Shown here: one piece after another, positions 55,585 to 64,000 of the stretch
How positions within the stretch are numbered: position 1 is the stretch's first letter
How the letters are laid out: each line of letters starts with the position of its first letter
NCBI GenBank assembly: GCA_964361495.1
Contig: CAYIAH010000001.1
Span: forward strand, 1,057-65,056
Direction: 5' to 3'
From: an uncultured Candidatus Saccharibacteria bacterium
GTDB lineage: Bacteria; Patescibacteriota; Minisyncoccia; Sungbacterales; HO2-52-23
DNA: 64,000 bases
Translations under genes and position numbers: made by a program
Notes under the pieces: model-generated
What the model was told of the DNA's origin: nothing
The model's input: only the letters and a program-made list of their open reading frames with translations
The model's database searches: none

Positions 55585-57006
55585 TTAAGATTCGATGCCT
55601 AATTTTCTCTTCGCAGCGCTGATGCGTTCAAGCGACGATTCTTTGCCTAAAATTTCCATGATCTCAAAAGGCCCCGGTGATGCTTTCTTGCCGGTAAGCG
55701 CAACGCGGAGCGGCCATAAGAACCAACCTCTATCTTCTCCTTCCATCGTTTCGAAAAATATTTTTTGCAGCTCCCCTTTTTTGAAAGCTGAAAATTGAAA
55801 ACTGAAAATTATTTTTTCTGCCCTCTCAAGCGCTTCTTGAATCTGGGCATCACTCATGTCTTTCCATCTCAGCAATTCCTTTTCGTAGCGGGGCGGGCGA
55901 AAAAAATAGTCCGTTCGCTCCCCTATTTCAGAAAGTTTTTTTAGCCGCGGCTGTTCGAGCGCGACCACTTTTTCAACATATTCGTCGGATACTTTAGCAA
56001 AATCGAGATGTGATCTCGCCAAAAACGCAAGTTCCGAAGGCGATTTTTTTCTGATATACTCCCCGTTCATCCAATCAAGCTTTTTAATGTCAAACACGGC
56101 GCCTGATTTCTGGACGCGCTCAAGTGAAAATTCTTTCGCGAGCTCCTCTTTTGAAAAAATCTCCTCCGTACCTCCCGGATTCCAGCCAAGAAGCGCCATG
56201 AAGTTAAAAAGCGCCTCCGGCAAATAGCCCTGCGCACGATATTCCGCGACTGAAGTTGCTCCATGACGCTTTGAGAGTTTGGAGCGATCCGAACCAAGAA
56301 TCAACGGCAGATGCGCATACTGCGGCACCGGAAATCCGAGCGCCTCAATGAGCAACAACTGTTTCGGAGTATTGGAAATGTGGTCCTCCCCTCGGATGAC
56401 GTGAGAAATTTCCATGGTACAATCATCAACCACGACGGCAAAATTATAGAGCGGGACATCAACTCTCTTGGCAATAGAAAAATCGCCCACAAGATCAGAT
56501 TCAAATGACAAATCGCCACGAATTGCGTCATGCCATGTAATCTTTTTTCCTGCCGGCGTTTTAAATCTCACAATAGAGTCACTTTTTCCATCTTTCGGCG
56601 CAGTCCTGCCGCCGGCGCCCATTGTCCGATATTCGCATAAATGAAGGACCGGCTTTTTCCCCTCCATGAGCTTCTGCTTTTCCTCTTCTAATTCCCGCAC
56701 TGAATGAAAACAATAAAATGCCTTGTCTTCGGCAAGAAGTTTCTCGATATATTTTCTATAGATTTCAATTCTTTCCGATTGCCGGTAGGGCCCCTCATCC
56801 CATGCAATGCCAAGCCACGAAAGCCCCTCGAGAATATCTTCTTCATACTTCGCGTCGGAGCGCTCAAGATCAGTATCCTCAATGCGCATAATAAACTGCC
56901 CGCCGTATCGGCGCGAAAAAAGATAGTTAAAAAGCGCGGTACGCGCAGTACCGATGTGAAGCGGACCCGTCGGACTTGGCGCAATGCGCACACGGATACC
57001 TGTCAT
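55585..57006 (-). CDS. gltX: Glutamyl-tRNA synthetase
   Basis: HIGH in PSPTGPLHIGTAR. KMSKS as KLSKRHG. Class I catalytic core. Confidence 0.92.
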   Translation of the reverse strand: MTGIRVRIAPSPTGPLHIGTARTALFNYLFSRRYGGQFIMRIEDTDLERSDAKYEEDILEGLSWLGIAWDEGPYRQSERIEIYRKYIEKLLAEDKAFYCFHSVRELEEEKQKLMEGKKPVLHLCEYRTMGAGGRTAPKDGKSDSIVRFKTPAGKKITWHDAIRGDLSFESDLVGDFSIAKRVDVPLYNFAVVVDDCTMEISHVIRGEDHISNTPKQLLLIEALGFPVPQYAHLPLILGSDRSKLSKRHGATSVAEYRAQGYLPEALFNFMALLGWNPGGTEEIFSKEELAKEFSLERVQKSGAVFDIKKLDWMNGEYIRKKSPSELAFLARSHLDFAKVSDEYVEKVVALEQPRLKKLSEIGERTDYFFRPPRYEKELLRWKDMSDAQIQEALERAEKIIFSFQFSAFKKGELQKIFFETMEGEDRGWFLWPLRVALTGKKASPGPFEIMEILGKESSLERISAAKRKLGIES

Positions 57007-57008
57007 GA

Positions 57009-58127
57009 TTAATGGAGACCTATTTTCAAAATTTCCCTCGCGATTAATTCTGCTGCGTCAATGCGCGCAAATTGTTTTGCCGCCGTCCCCATTTTTTCAA
57101 GGCTAGCTTCATCATTGAGTACTTTTTTAATTTCGGCATACAAAAGATGCGGCGTAAGATTTTCTTCCTCAAGAACATGTGCGGCGCCTACGGCGGCATA
57201 TTCATACGCGTTTTGCCGCTGGTGATCTTGCGCCGCGTGTGCAAGCGGCACGAGAATCGAAGGCTTCCCCCACGCGGCAATCTCATAAATAGCGGAGCCC
57301 CCCGCACGAGAAATAATGACGCGGGATGTCCTATAAAAATCGCGCAGGCTGTCGGGATCCAAAAAACCAAAAGGATGATAACGCTCTTTATGCGCAAACT
57401 CAACGATCACGCTCGCTTCCTGTCTCACATCCGCAAATTGAACCGGACCGGTTTGATGCAGCACTTCAAATTCATCTGTCAGCTCTTTAAGGACGCCGAG
57501 AATCGCCGCATTCAATTTCTGCGCGCCCTGCGAGCCGCCGATGAACCCAACTACCGGAAGATCGGAAAATACGTCAAGCCGTTCGCGCGCCTCCCGTTCC
57601 TCTCCTCCGAATATCCACTTTCTTATGGGCACCCCGACGAGTGCGGTTTTCTCTTTCGGGAAAAAGGGAGCGGCGTTCTTAAACGCAATGCCGATCCGCC
57701 GCGCGAACCGCGCCGCGAATAGATTAACTTTTCCGGGCACCGCATCGGACTCATGAATCACGAGCGGAATCCGAAGAATGATTGCCGCAATCACCGCAGG
57801 AAGCGCGCCGTACCCGCCTTTGGAAAAAACAACATCCGGCATGATCAAATACATATTCCACAATGCCGAGATGCTGCCCGCGGCAAGACGCGCGAGATCA
57901 ACCACATTGAGCAGCGACCAATACCGGCGCCATTTACCGCTCATCACCCGTATCGGCACCACGCCCTCGTCGCGAAGGACACTCTCATCGGAAATGGAGG
58001 GACTCATTAAAAACAACTGCATATCAACAATCCGCTCTTCTTCCGCAATATGCTTTACCTCCCGAATGAGCGCAAGGATCGGATAGAAATGACCGCCGGT
58101 TCCGCCGCCGGCAAAAACAATACGCAT
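57009..58127 (-). CDS. murG: UDP-N-acetylglucosamine--N-acetylmuramyl-(pentapeptide) pyrophosphoryl-undecaprenol GlcNAc transferase
   Basis: MRIVFAGGGTGGHFYP N-terminus. GT28 C-terminal domain. The track start 58325 was rejected; the extension reads through the repeat element. Confidence 0.88.
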   Translation of the reverse strand: MRIVFAGGGTGGHFYPILALIREVKHIAEEERIVDMQLFLMSPSISDESVLRDEGVVPIRVMSGKWRRYWSLLNVVDLARLAAGSISALWNMYLIMPDVVFSKGGYGALPAVIAAIILRIPLVIHESDAVPGKVNLFAARFARRIGIAFKNAAPFFPKEKTALVGVPIRKWIFGGEEREARERLDVFSDLPVVGFIGGSQGAQKLNAAILGVLKELTDEFEVLHQTGPVQFADVRQEASVIVEFAHKERYHPFGFLDPDSLRDFYRTSRVIISRAGGSAIYEIAAWGKPSILVPLAHAAQDHQRQNAYEYAAVGAAHVLEEENLTPHLLYAEIKKVLNDEASLEKMGTAAKQFARIDAAELIAREILKIGLH

Positions 58128-58154
58128 ACATTTATTATAAACTCGCGAGACGCG

Positions 58155-58211
58155 AGAACCCATCTCAAAATTCCATTTCGCCTCCGATACGCGATTTTTG
58201 AGATGGGTTCT
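58155..58211. repeat. Copy 3 of the roughly 58-nt intergenic hairpin repeat family (best-preserved 17-bp stem)
   Basis: AGAACCCATCTCAAAAT ... ATTTTTGAGATGGGTTCT. A short GC hairpin CTCGCGagaCGCGAG lies immediately 5' (58142-58156). Confidence 0.55.
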
Positions 58212-60462
58212 ACTCTCTTTCGAGCATTTTAATAAATTGATCTCCTTCTTGTTTGAAGGCGGGGTCAAGACGCCCGGCTTCAGCGGCCTCTGCCCGCGCC
58301 TCTTTCGTCCTTCCGAAATGCGCAAGATGCGCCGCGTAAATCGCGCGATATTGCGGGTTTTTCGGACTCATCTTGACGAGCAGCTCAAAATATTTAATTG
58401 AGGACGCATAGTCCTTGGCGCGCTGGTATGCAGTCGCAATCTTTGCAAGATCCGCCTCGTCAAGATCGGTGACGGGGATATACTTTTGTATCTCTTCAAT
58501 AATCTCCGGTTTTTTCGCGAACGCCGCAACAGTCCAAAGCCCTGCGGCAGCGAGCTTATAACGCGGTTCAACCCGCCATGCTTTCTCAAGCGCCTGAACC
58601 GCGCGATCAGTATTGCCGAGCATCAAATAATGCTGCGCCAACTCAAAATAAATAAGCTGTTTCCGGGGGCTGAGACGCGCCGCCTCAAGAAGCATTTTCT
58701 CCGCATCCGGCGCATATTTCGTATCAAGCGTCAACGCCTGATTATACAAAGAACCGAGAAGAAGGAGATGTTTGACGTCTCGCGCCGGTCGTTCAATTTC
58801 TTTTAGAATTTCGGGGGTCGCAAATTCCACGAACCGTGCGCGCTCTTCGGGCGTGTACTTTGTATCACTCGCTATTTGGCGCGTCACGTTCCCAAGCTGT
58901 TCATGCGCTTCAGTATCGCCAAAACTTCGATACGATAAGGTCTCTTCAAATGCGGCCCTCAAGTCCGGAAGCGATCTTTGAAATTGATAAAAATTAAGTG
59001 TTTTGATAAGTGACCGCGCTTCACGGATCGGTTTGAGATGAAGCCAATATCCTCCGACTGCGACTGCCGCCACGAGCGCAACGCTCACCGCATACGCTTG
59101 CATGGAAACATCAAAAGAACGCCCTCCGGACTTCACTTCATCATGACGCGCTGCCTCGCGAGAATCCTCCATAAGAAAACTTCCGTAGGCGAGCACTGCA
59201 AAAAAGAGAAGATAGGTATTCAGATTGTCAAATACAAAAAGATTCTGAAGGAAATATGTTGCGGTAAGTCCAAGAAACATGAATCCCTCAAAAAGGAGCG
59301 CGCCTCGGCGCCGTATGTGCCGGATAATCTGCCAGCAAAAAATTCCGAATATCGCAAGATAACTGAGAATCCCCGGAATTCCCGCATGAATAAACCAGTC
59401 GAGGAACACATTGTGCGAGCGGTCAAACCATGGCTCCGCGCCATAGAGTTTCGGATGAAAGTATTTTTGAAAAACAAGATAATAATTTTCCTGCCCCCAG
59501 CCGAAGACCGGCCGCTCCAAGCCCCCCCGAAGCGACATGCCCCAAATTTTGAAACGATCCTGAATCGTGCCCTCGCTCAGTGAATAGTTCGTGAGCCGGC
59601 GGAGCGCCTGGCTTGACTGCACAAAATCGCTTTTACGCGCAATCCAAAAGATCAACGGTATCACCACGACCGCCGCAAGCATCCCTGCGGCATATTTTCT
59701 TCCCATGCCCCAAGGGGCCTTGCGATCCTTTCCGTGCGCCCGATCCCAAAAGAAGAGCAACGCGCCGACGCATAACGGAACTACCGCAACAAGCGCCACC
59801 ACAACTCCGCGCGTTGCCGTAAAGTAAATAATCAGGGATTCAAAAACAAGAAGCGCCGCATACAGCGATACACGCCACCATTTCTTCCAAAACTGATACA
59901 TCATTATCACCAACAACCACACATGAAAAAGAAGATACGCCGCCAAGTATGTCGGATTGCCGATTGTTGAATCCACCCTGAATCCTCCCTGCAATGAAAC
60001 CCGATAGCCCAATTTCTGAAGAAGCGCGAAATACGAGACAACCGCGCTCGCCGCAAACGACACATGAAGAAACGTGAGCCAGTCGCGCCTCGTCTTGAAC
60101 ACGCTCGTGAGCATCAGAAAATAAAGATAGAGATGCGAGAGCATCATGAATCCTTCCATCCGCTCATAATTTGAGAAGAAGGAGCGATACGGATTCGAAC
60201 TCACGAGGTCCGCGAAAAAAACAATCCCCACAAAAATTGAGACCGCTTTGAGAAGCGGCGTGAACTTCGGCCGATACTCGCGCCTCGCGATCGCAAGTCC
60301 GACCCACAACGCAAAAATAACCTCAACAAGAATCCGGAATGTAAAATTCTTCCCGGTAATAAAGGGGAAGAGCATGGTATTCGCAACGTACAGCGGCAAA
60401 ATCGGAATCACCCAAAGCCCGATTTTGATGATCCAGAGAAATATTTTCTCTAAAAACGACAT
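58210..60462 (-). CDS. O-antigen ligase (Wzy_C)-family polytopic membrane protein with a C-terminal TPR-repeat domain
   Basis: About 12 TM helices in the N-terminal 420 aa. C-terminal TPR-like helical repeats (LGNTDRAVQALEKAWRVEP ... YRAIYAAHLAHFGRTKEA). Confidence 0.65.
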   Translation of the reverse strand: MSFLEKIFLWIIKIGLWVIPILPLYVANTMLFPFITGKNFTFRILVEVIFALWVGLAIARREYRPKFTPLLKAVSIFVGIVFFADLVSSNPYRSFFSNYERMEGFMMLSHLYLYFLMLTSVFKTRRDWLTFLHVSFAASAVVSYFALLQKLGYRVSLQGGFRVDSTIGNPTYLAAYLLFHVWLLVIMMYQFWKKWWRVSLYAALLVFESLIIYFTATRGVVVALVAVVPLCVGALLFFWDRAHGKDRKAPWGMGRKYAAGMLAAVVVIPLIFWIARKSDFVQSSQALRRLTNYSLSEGTIQDRFKIWGMSLRGGLERPVFGWGQENYYLVFQKYFHPKLYGAEPWFDRSHNVFLDWFIHAGIPGILSYLAIFGIFCWQIIRHIRRRGALLFEGFMFLGLTATYFLQNLFVFDNLNTYLLFFAVLAYGSFLMEDSREAARHDEVKSGGRSFDVSMQAYAVSVALVAAVAVGGYWLHLKPIREARSLIKTLNFYQFQRSLPDLRAAFEETLSYRSFGDTEAHEQLGNVTRQIASDTKYTPEERARFVEFATPEILKEIERPARDVKHLLLLGSLYNQALTLDTKYAPDAEKMLLEAARLSPRKQLIYFELAQHYLMLGNTDRAVQALEKAWRVEPRYKLAAAGLWTVAAFAKKPEIIEEIQKYIPVTDLDEADLAKIATAYQRAKDYASSIKYFELLVKMSPKNPQYRAIYAAHLAHFGRTKEARAEAAEAGRLDPAFKQEGDQFIKMLERE

Positions 60463-60494
60463 ATCGCTATGCTACTATAAAAATACATATGCGG

Positions 60495-61364
60495 TCAATG
60501 CGAGGCGATCGCGAGACGTCGGCCAATTCTTTTGACGAGTCCCTCTTTTTGGAGTTCGGCCACAAGAGAAATAATACGCCCCTCAACCATTTTTAAAGAT
60601 TCACCTCTATCGTGTCTGCCATGGGACCAATCTTGCATAAGCTTGCGGGCGAGCTCACTTTCAGACCGCGATGAGGTGATGAGCTTCCGGATAATCATTC
60701 CCCGCAGTTCGCGGCGAGATCCGCGAAAACGGCTCTGTGTGCGATACCCCGCGCTTCTGTGCGATAGGTTTGGATATTTTTTCTTGAGCATTGCGCCGTA
60801 GTCCATAAGCGCCCAATACCACCTGCGGGGATTGTACCGATCGAGGGTTTGCGCAATGAAGGGAAGAATCTCGTCGTCGCGGACGTGCTTTTTTCTTTTG
60901 AAAAAGAACCGGATGAACACCGCCCTGATGTTGGTTTCGATAAATACCGCAGGCGCGTTAAATGCAAATGCCGCAACTGCAGAAGCCGTTGCCGGACCGA
61001 TGCCGGGAAGCGTGCCGAGCGTCTCGATTGAAGAAGGAAGGTCGCCGTTCCATTCTTTGATTACCTTTTCTGCCGCGCGCTTGAGCGCGAGGGCGCGGCG
61101 GTTGTAACCGAGCCCCTGCCAAGCGAAAAGAATTTTTCGCAAAGACGCGGCCGCGAGCGCGCGCCAGTCGGGAAACATCCGCAGAAAAAGACCATATTTT
61201 TTGAGCACGCGATCCGTCTGCGTCTGCTGAAGCATGACTTCTGATATAAAAATTTTGTACGAATCGCGGGTTCTCCGCCACGGAAAATCGCGGCCGGAGC
61301 GTTCAAAATAACGCACAATTTCGCGCCGAAACGACTGTACGGTCCGCGGAGCGAGCGCTTTCAT
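60495..61364 (-). CDS. HhH-GPD DNA glycosylase, MutY/Nth-like, apparently lacking the Fe-S cluster Cys
   Basis: HhH-GPD in LPGIGPATASAVAAFAF. Catalytic-Asp region MDYGAM. No C-terminal Cys cluster. Confidence 0.7.
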   Translation of the reverse strand: MKALAPRTVQSFRREIVRYFERSGRDFPWRRTRDSYKIFISEVMLQQTQTDRVLKKYGLFLRMFPDWRALAAASLRKILFAWQGLGYNRRALALKRAAEKVIKEWNGDLPSSIETLGTLPGIGPATASAVAAFAFNAPAVFIETNIRAVFIRFFFKRKKHVRDDEILPFIAQTLDRYNPRRWYWALMDYGAMLKKKYPNLSHRSAGYRTQSRFRGSRRELRGMIIRKLITSSRSESELARKLMQDWSHGRHDRGESLKMVEGRIISLVAELQKEGLVKRIGRRLAIASH

Positions 61365-62257
61365 CGCGCGATACCATCACAATATTCCTTGAGCGCGGCG
61401 AACGTTCGATCATTCATAAATTCTTCGGGCGGATAATAGTGATATTTCTCTTTTTCTCGCATCACATCTTTGATTCGCGCGAGAGCGTCCGCAAAAATGG
61501 CGGCAATTCCGGACCGCTGTACGCGCACTGATTCCGCAAAACGCTTGAACGCATCAAGCTGCATCCTGATTTCTTCAAGTATCATAAACTGAACCCGATG
61601 CGCCCCGAGCTCCTTATGTTTTTTCTCAATCCACAATTCCGCCAATTCCTCAACGGTTTTTCCGTTCATGCCCACGATCACGTGGGGGATTTTTTCAAGT
61701 CCCATCGGCTTCTGTTCAACGCCGGAGATAAAATATTTTACCCGCCCGAGCTCCCCTCTTTCAATTGCTTTTAGGATACTCTCTAATTTAGCGCCGATCG
61801 CGAACGTAGCCATCGTGACGTCAATCGCAAACGCAAGATGCGACGCGGACTTTTCCGGAGAACGAAACTCAACGACCGTATCAATATGGTTTTTAAAGTC
61901 GTCATAGTCCGACGTCTTCGTCGTAAATGCCTCCGGTCCGAGCCATTCGGCGAGCTCGCTCTCTTCATGAATAATCGCTTCAAGAATTTTCCCCGTTTTT
62001 TGCGCCTGATCCTTTTCCGGTTCTCGCGCGGACTGACGGGCAAATTCCGCTTTTAATTTTTCGGCTTCCCGAAGATCCTTTTCTATTTCTTCCCGCCGAT
62101 ATTCTTTTTGTGTGCCCCCGTATAAGGCGACGAACGTATCGAGATGCTCGCGCGGATCTATAGCTTCCGCGCCAAGTTTTTTCTCCGCCTTCTTGTAGGC
62201 ATTTTCAAAAGCGAACCGTTCAAAATGCGGCCCGCGTATTTTTTCAGTCATATACAT
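61361..62257 (-). CDS. Hypothetical protein (298 aa)
   Basis: ORF track; protein-like composition. 4-nt overlap with the downstream glycosylase gene. No family recognised. Confidence 0.4.
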   Translation of the reverse strand: MYMTEKIRGPHFERFAFENAYKKAEKKLGAEAIDPREHLDTFVALYGGTQKEYRREEIEKDLREAEKLKAEFARQSAREPEKDQAQKTGKILEAIIHEESELAEWLGPEAFTTKTSDYDDFKNHIDTVVEFRSPEKSASHLAFAIDVTMATFAIGAKLESILKAIERGELGRVKYFISGVEQKPMGLEKIPHVIVGMNGKTVEELAELWIEKKHKELGAHRVQFMILEEIRMQLDAFKRFAESVRVQRSGIAAIFADALARIKDVMREKEKYHYYPPEEFMNDRTFAALKEYCDGIAR

Positions 62258-62292
62258 TCACCTATAGCACATCCCCCCGCATAAAGGATGAC

Positions 62293-62838
62293 CTATTGCG
62301 TCTGTATTGAGGGCGCCGTATTGAATTTCACCACGATAATCTGTCCCGCGGCATTCTTCATCGGCACATCTTTCGCATGATCAAATTTTCCGTCGCCGTC
62401 ATCCCGGTGAAGCATTGCATAATACACTTTTCCGGGTGCGGTTGCGCGCAGGAGTTCGACATTGGCGGAGCTCTTCCCCGCGGCGAAAAGCCGCGCTCCC
62501 AAAATGTTGCCCGGCGCGCCCGCCCGATCCTCATGGACGGCAACCCAGCTCTTCACTTCAAGAACGACTTCCGCAATCGCGACCGAATTGCCCGCATTCT
62601 GGTCATTTACGGCAAGCATATTCTCGTTCGCCGCCATTGATTTTTCTCCTTCGGATTCAAATGGAAACAAAAGCTCTCCTCCTTCTTCCGTAGTAAAAAG
62701 CTCTTCCCCCATCTCGGACTCCGATGCAACAGGAACTGACTTGCGACCGGTGATATACCAGCCGAGCAAAAATCCGATGCCGAGAGACAAAATCATGGTC
62801 ACCACCATAGGCGCCATACTTCGACGATTTTCTTCCAT
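62293..62838 (-). CDS. Hypothetical membrane-anchored protein (181 aa)
   Basis: N-terminal TM (MAPMVVTMILSLGIGFLLGWYITG) followed by an acidic soluble domain. Confidence 0.4.
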   Translation of the reverse strand: MEENRRSMAPMVVTMILSLGIGFLLGWYITGRKSVPVASESEMGEELFTTEEGGELLFPFESEGEKSMAANENMLAVNDQNAGNSVAIAEVVLEVKSWVAVHEDRAGAPGNILGARLFAAGKSSANVELLRATAPGKVYYAMLHRDDGDGKFDHAKDVPMKNAAGQIIVVKFNTAPSIQTQ

Positions 62839-62960
62839 GGAAATTTTTAACTTAGACCTGCTGCTTAATAACCTTTCTGGTGCGCGTTCAGAATTTTTGC
62901 TGCATCCCGCGTATCCTGTTCGCCGCTCGTCACCGTACTTTCAGCCATATACGTCATCAA

Positions 62961-62999
62961 TTCTAGACTAAGTCTGGAATTTCCAGACTTAGTCTAGAA
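62961..62999. repeat. Perfect 39-bp palindrome TTCTAGACTAAGTCTGGAA t TTCCAGACTTAGTCTAGAA, the same motif family as 4481-4540
   Basis: Read directly. Lies about 125 bp upstream of the 62838 start and 155 bp downstream of the rpsI stop. Confidence 0.5.
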
Positions 63000-63140
63000 A
63001 TTCCTTTTTCTCACGTCTCACGGGTCCCCTCAAAATTTTGAACGCTCGCTACAAACATTATTACCAATAGGTCTATTCCTAAAGAAACAGATCCTCGACC
63101 GTTTTCCCATATCGTAGCGACGGAGATGAAATCCGTCAAT

Positions 63141-63171
63141 AATGGCAAAAACGACTATCGTTTTTGCCATT
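63141..63171. other. Perfect 13-bp-stem hairpin AATGGCAAAAACG actat CGTTTTTGCCATT overlapping the rpsI stop codon
   Basis: Read directly; not followed by a U-tract on either strand. Confidence 0.35.
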
Positions 63172-63763
63172 GCGGGGCGCGACGCGCTTTTTTCAATCCG
63201 AATTTTTTGCGCTCCTTCATGCGCGGGTCGCGCGTGAGGAAACCGGCGCGCCGCAGGCGCTTTCGGAAATCAGGATTGAATTTTGTGAGACAGCGCGTGA
63301 GTCCGTGCCGCACGGCTTCCGCATGCGCGTGAAGTCCGCCGCCCTTCACCTTTACCGAAACTCGAAAACGTCCGGAAAGCTTCATTTTTTTGAGCGCATC
63401 CTCGCTGATTTTTTGAAGTTCTGATGTCGGAAAATAAACCGTATAGGGTTTCTCGTTCACCGTAAAATCACCCGCCCGCGTGAAAAGACGGACCCGCGCG
63501 ACCGCGGTCTTCCGTCGCCCTACCGCTTCGAAATAGCGATCCGGTTTTTTTATCCTATCTTCACCTTCGAGAATCTCCGCCTCCGTCTCGACCTCTTCCC
63601 GTTCCTCTGCCGCGACTGTTGCCGGCGCCTCGACTAAATCCTTCTCCTTTTCCGGACCAGCTTTTTTAACACCCCGCCGCGCCGCGGGCTTCTTTGCGCG
63701 TTCCCGCGGAGCCGCGCGTTCACGCATTTCAGATGTTTCAGATGGCTTTGTTTTTCTAACCAT
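63155..63763 (-). CDS. rpsI: 30S ribosomal protein S9 with a roughly 75-aa Lys/Glu/Ala-rich N-terminal extension
   Basis: C-terminal core GRRKTAVARVRL...GGGLHAHAEAVRHGLTRCL...KRAPQWQKR is the S9 signature. Start placed at ATG 63763; the track start 63871 would overlap rplM. Confidence 0.85.
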   Translation of the reverse strand: MVRKTKPSETSEMRERAAPRERAKKPAARRGVKKAGPEKEKDLVEAPATVAAEEREEVETEAEILEGEDRIKKPDRYFEAVGRRKTAVARVRLFTRAGDFTVNEKPYTVYFPTSELQKISEDALKKMKLSGRFRVSVKVKGGGLHAHAEAVRHGLTRCLTKFNPDFRKRLRRAGFLTRDPRMKERKKFGLKKARRAPQWQKR

Positions 63764-64000
63764 GAAAATTTTCCACAGATGTGCCACGCCGAAGAATGAG
63801 ATGGCGCATAAAGCGATCCCGTAATTTATTCTTGGGCAGCATCCCCCGCACGGCGCGCCGTACCGCGACACGCGAATCGCGCTTCATGACGTGCTCGAGC
63901 GTCTCTTCTTTCATGCCCCCCGGATATCCCGAATGTCTACGGTAAAGCTTCTGCCCTCTTTTCTTTCCCGTTGTTCTTACGTAATCCGTATTATAGACAG
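63756..64000 (-). CDS. rplM: 50S ribosomal protein L13, 3' part (the gene begins beyond the window end)
   Basis: The minus-strand frame translates to ...TGKKRGQKLYRRHSGYPGGMKEETLEHVMKRDSRVAVRRAVRGMLPKNKLRD..., with RHSGYPGG being the L13 signature. The stop is at 63756-63758, overlapping the rpsI start. Confidence 0.7.
   Translation of the reverse strand, partial: VYNTDYVRTTGKKRGQKLYRRHSGYPGGMKEETLEHVMKRDSRVAVRRAVRGMLPKNKLRDRFMRHLILRRGTSVENFHG

Noticed and set aside
57009-58325. Extended murG ORF (438 aa) from the six-frame track
   Set aside because: The N-terminal 66 codons translate through the repeat element at 58155-58211 and precede the canonical MRIVFAGGGTGGH start. Trimmed to ATG 58127.
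62462-62971. A 169-aa plus-strand ORF overlapping the minus-strand gene 62293-62838
   Set aside because: Ser/Pro/Ala-rich antisense translation. The minus-strand gene has a clear TM anchor and protein-like composition.

Overview
The window is 64 kb, about 55% GC, gene-dense, from a bacterial chromosome. Split transketolase, an archaeal-type SIS-domain PGI/PMI, a UvrC lacking the (HhH)2 domain, an AspRS lacking the GAD insertion and many short intergenic spacers point to a reduced-genome bacterium that looks Patescibacteria/CPR-like; this is inference from gene content only.

Gene content, start to end:
- Two-domain nitroreductase, an orphan multi-TM histidine kinase, and aspS.
- A partial cell-wall (dcw-like) cluster: a PBP5-type DD-carboxypeptidase, mraY, a roughly 1 kb low-GC islet, an amidohydrolase, murD and ftsW.
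- A polysaccharide cassette: a truncated nucleotide-sugar dehydrogenase, an epimerase, a polyprenyl-phosphate sugar transferase and a GT4 glycosyltransferase.
- Divergent uvrC/uvrA, a PEGA-domain protein, murA (active-site Cys replaced by Asp), mreB, holB, a BNR-repeat protein, frr, a site-2 protease, glutaredoxin, gap, split tkt, a Glu/Leu/Phe/Val dehydrogenase, PGI/PMI, a DUF3105 protein and a thioredoxin-reductase-like protein.
- F-type ATP synthase atpB-E-F-H, then a five-gene inserted module, then atpA-G-D, pyrG and rpmA.
- A Cas4/RecB-like Fe-S nuclease, a PaaA-like diiron protein with an FNR-like reductase, xerC/D, an M23 peptidase, gltX, murG, an O-antigen-ligase/TPR protein, a MutY-like glycosylase, rpsI and partial rplM.

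The inserted five-gene module is the main candidate for an undescribed system: a classical-clade AAA+ ATPase, a small ORF, a membrane-anchored coiled-coil PspA/ESCRT-III-like protein, a second membrane coiled-coil protein, and a periplasmic-binding-like protein with a vWA domain. It carries its own terminators and a divergent promoter with a perfect 11-bp inverted repeat, and it interrupts the ATP synthase operon between atpH and atpA.

Three small intergenic repeat families were found by eye:
- A roughly 58-nt hairpin element in three copies.
- A CAGACTAAGTCTGG palindrome family at two loci, one of them framed by 13-bp terminal inverted repeats (MITE-like).
- GC-rich hairpins sharing the 15-mer GGCGCGCGAAGCGCG.

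No rRNA, complete tRNA or CRISPR array was seen. Several ORF-track starts are TTG/GTG and were moved to the downstream ATG where sequence context supported it.
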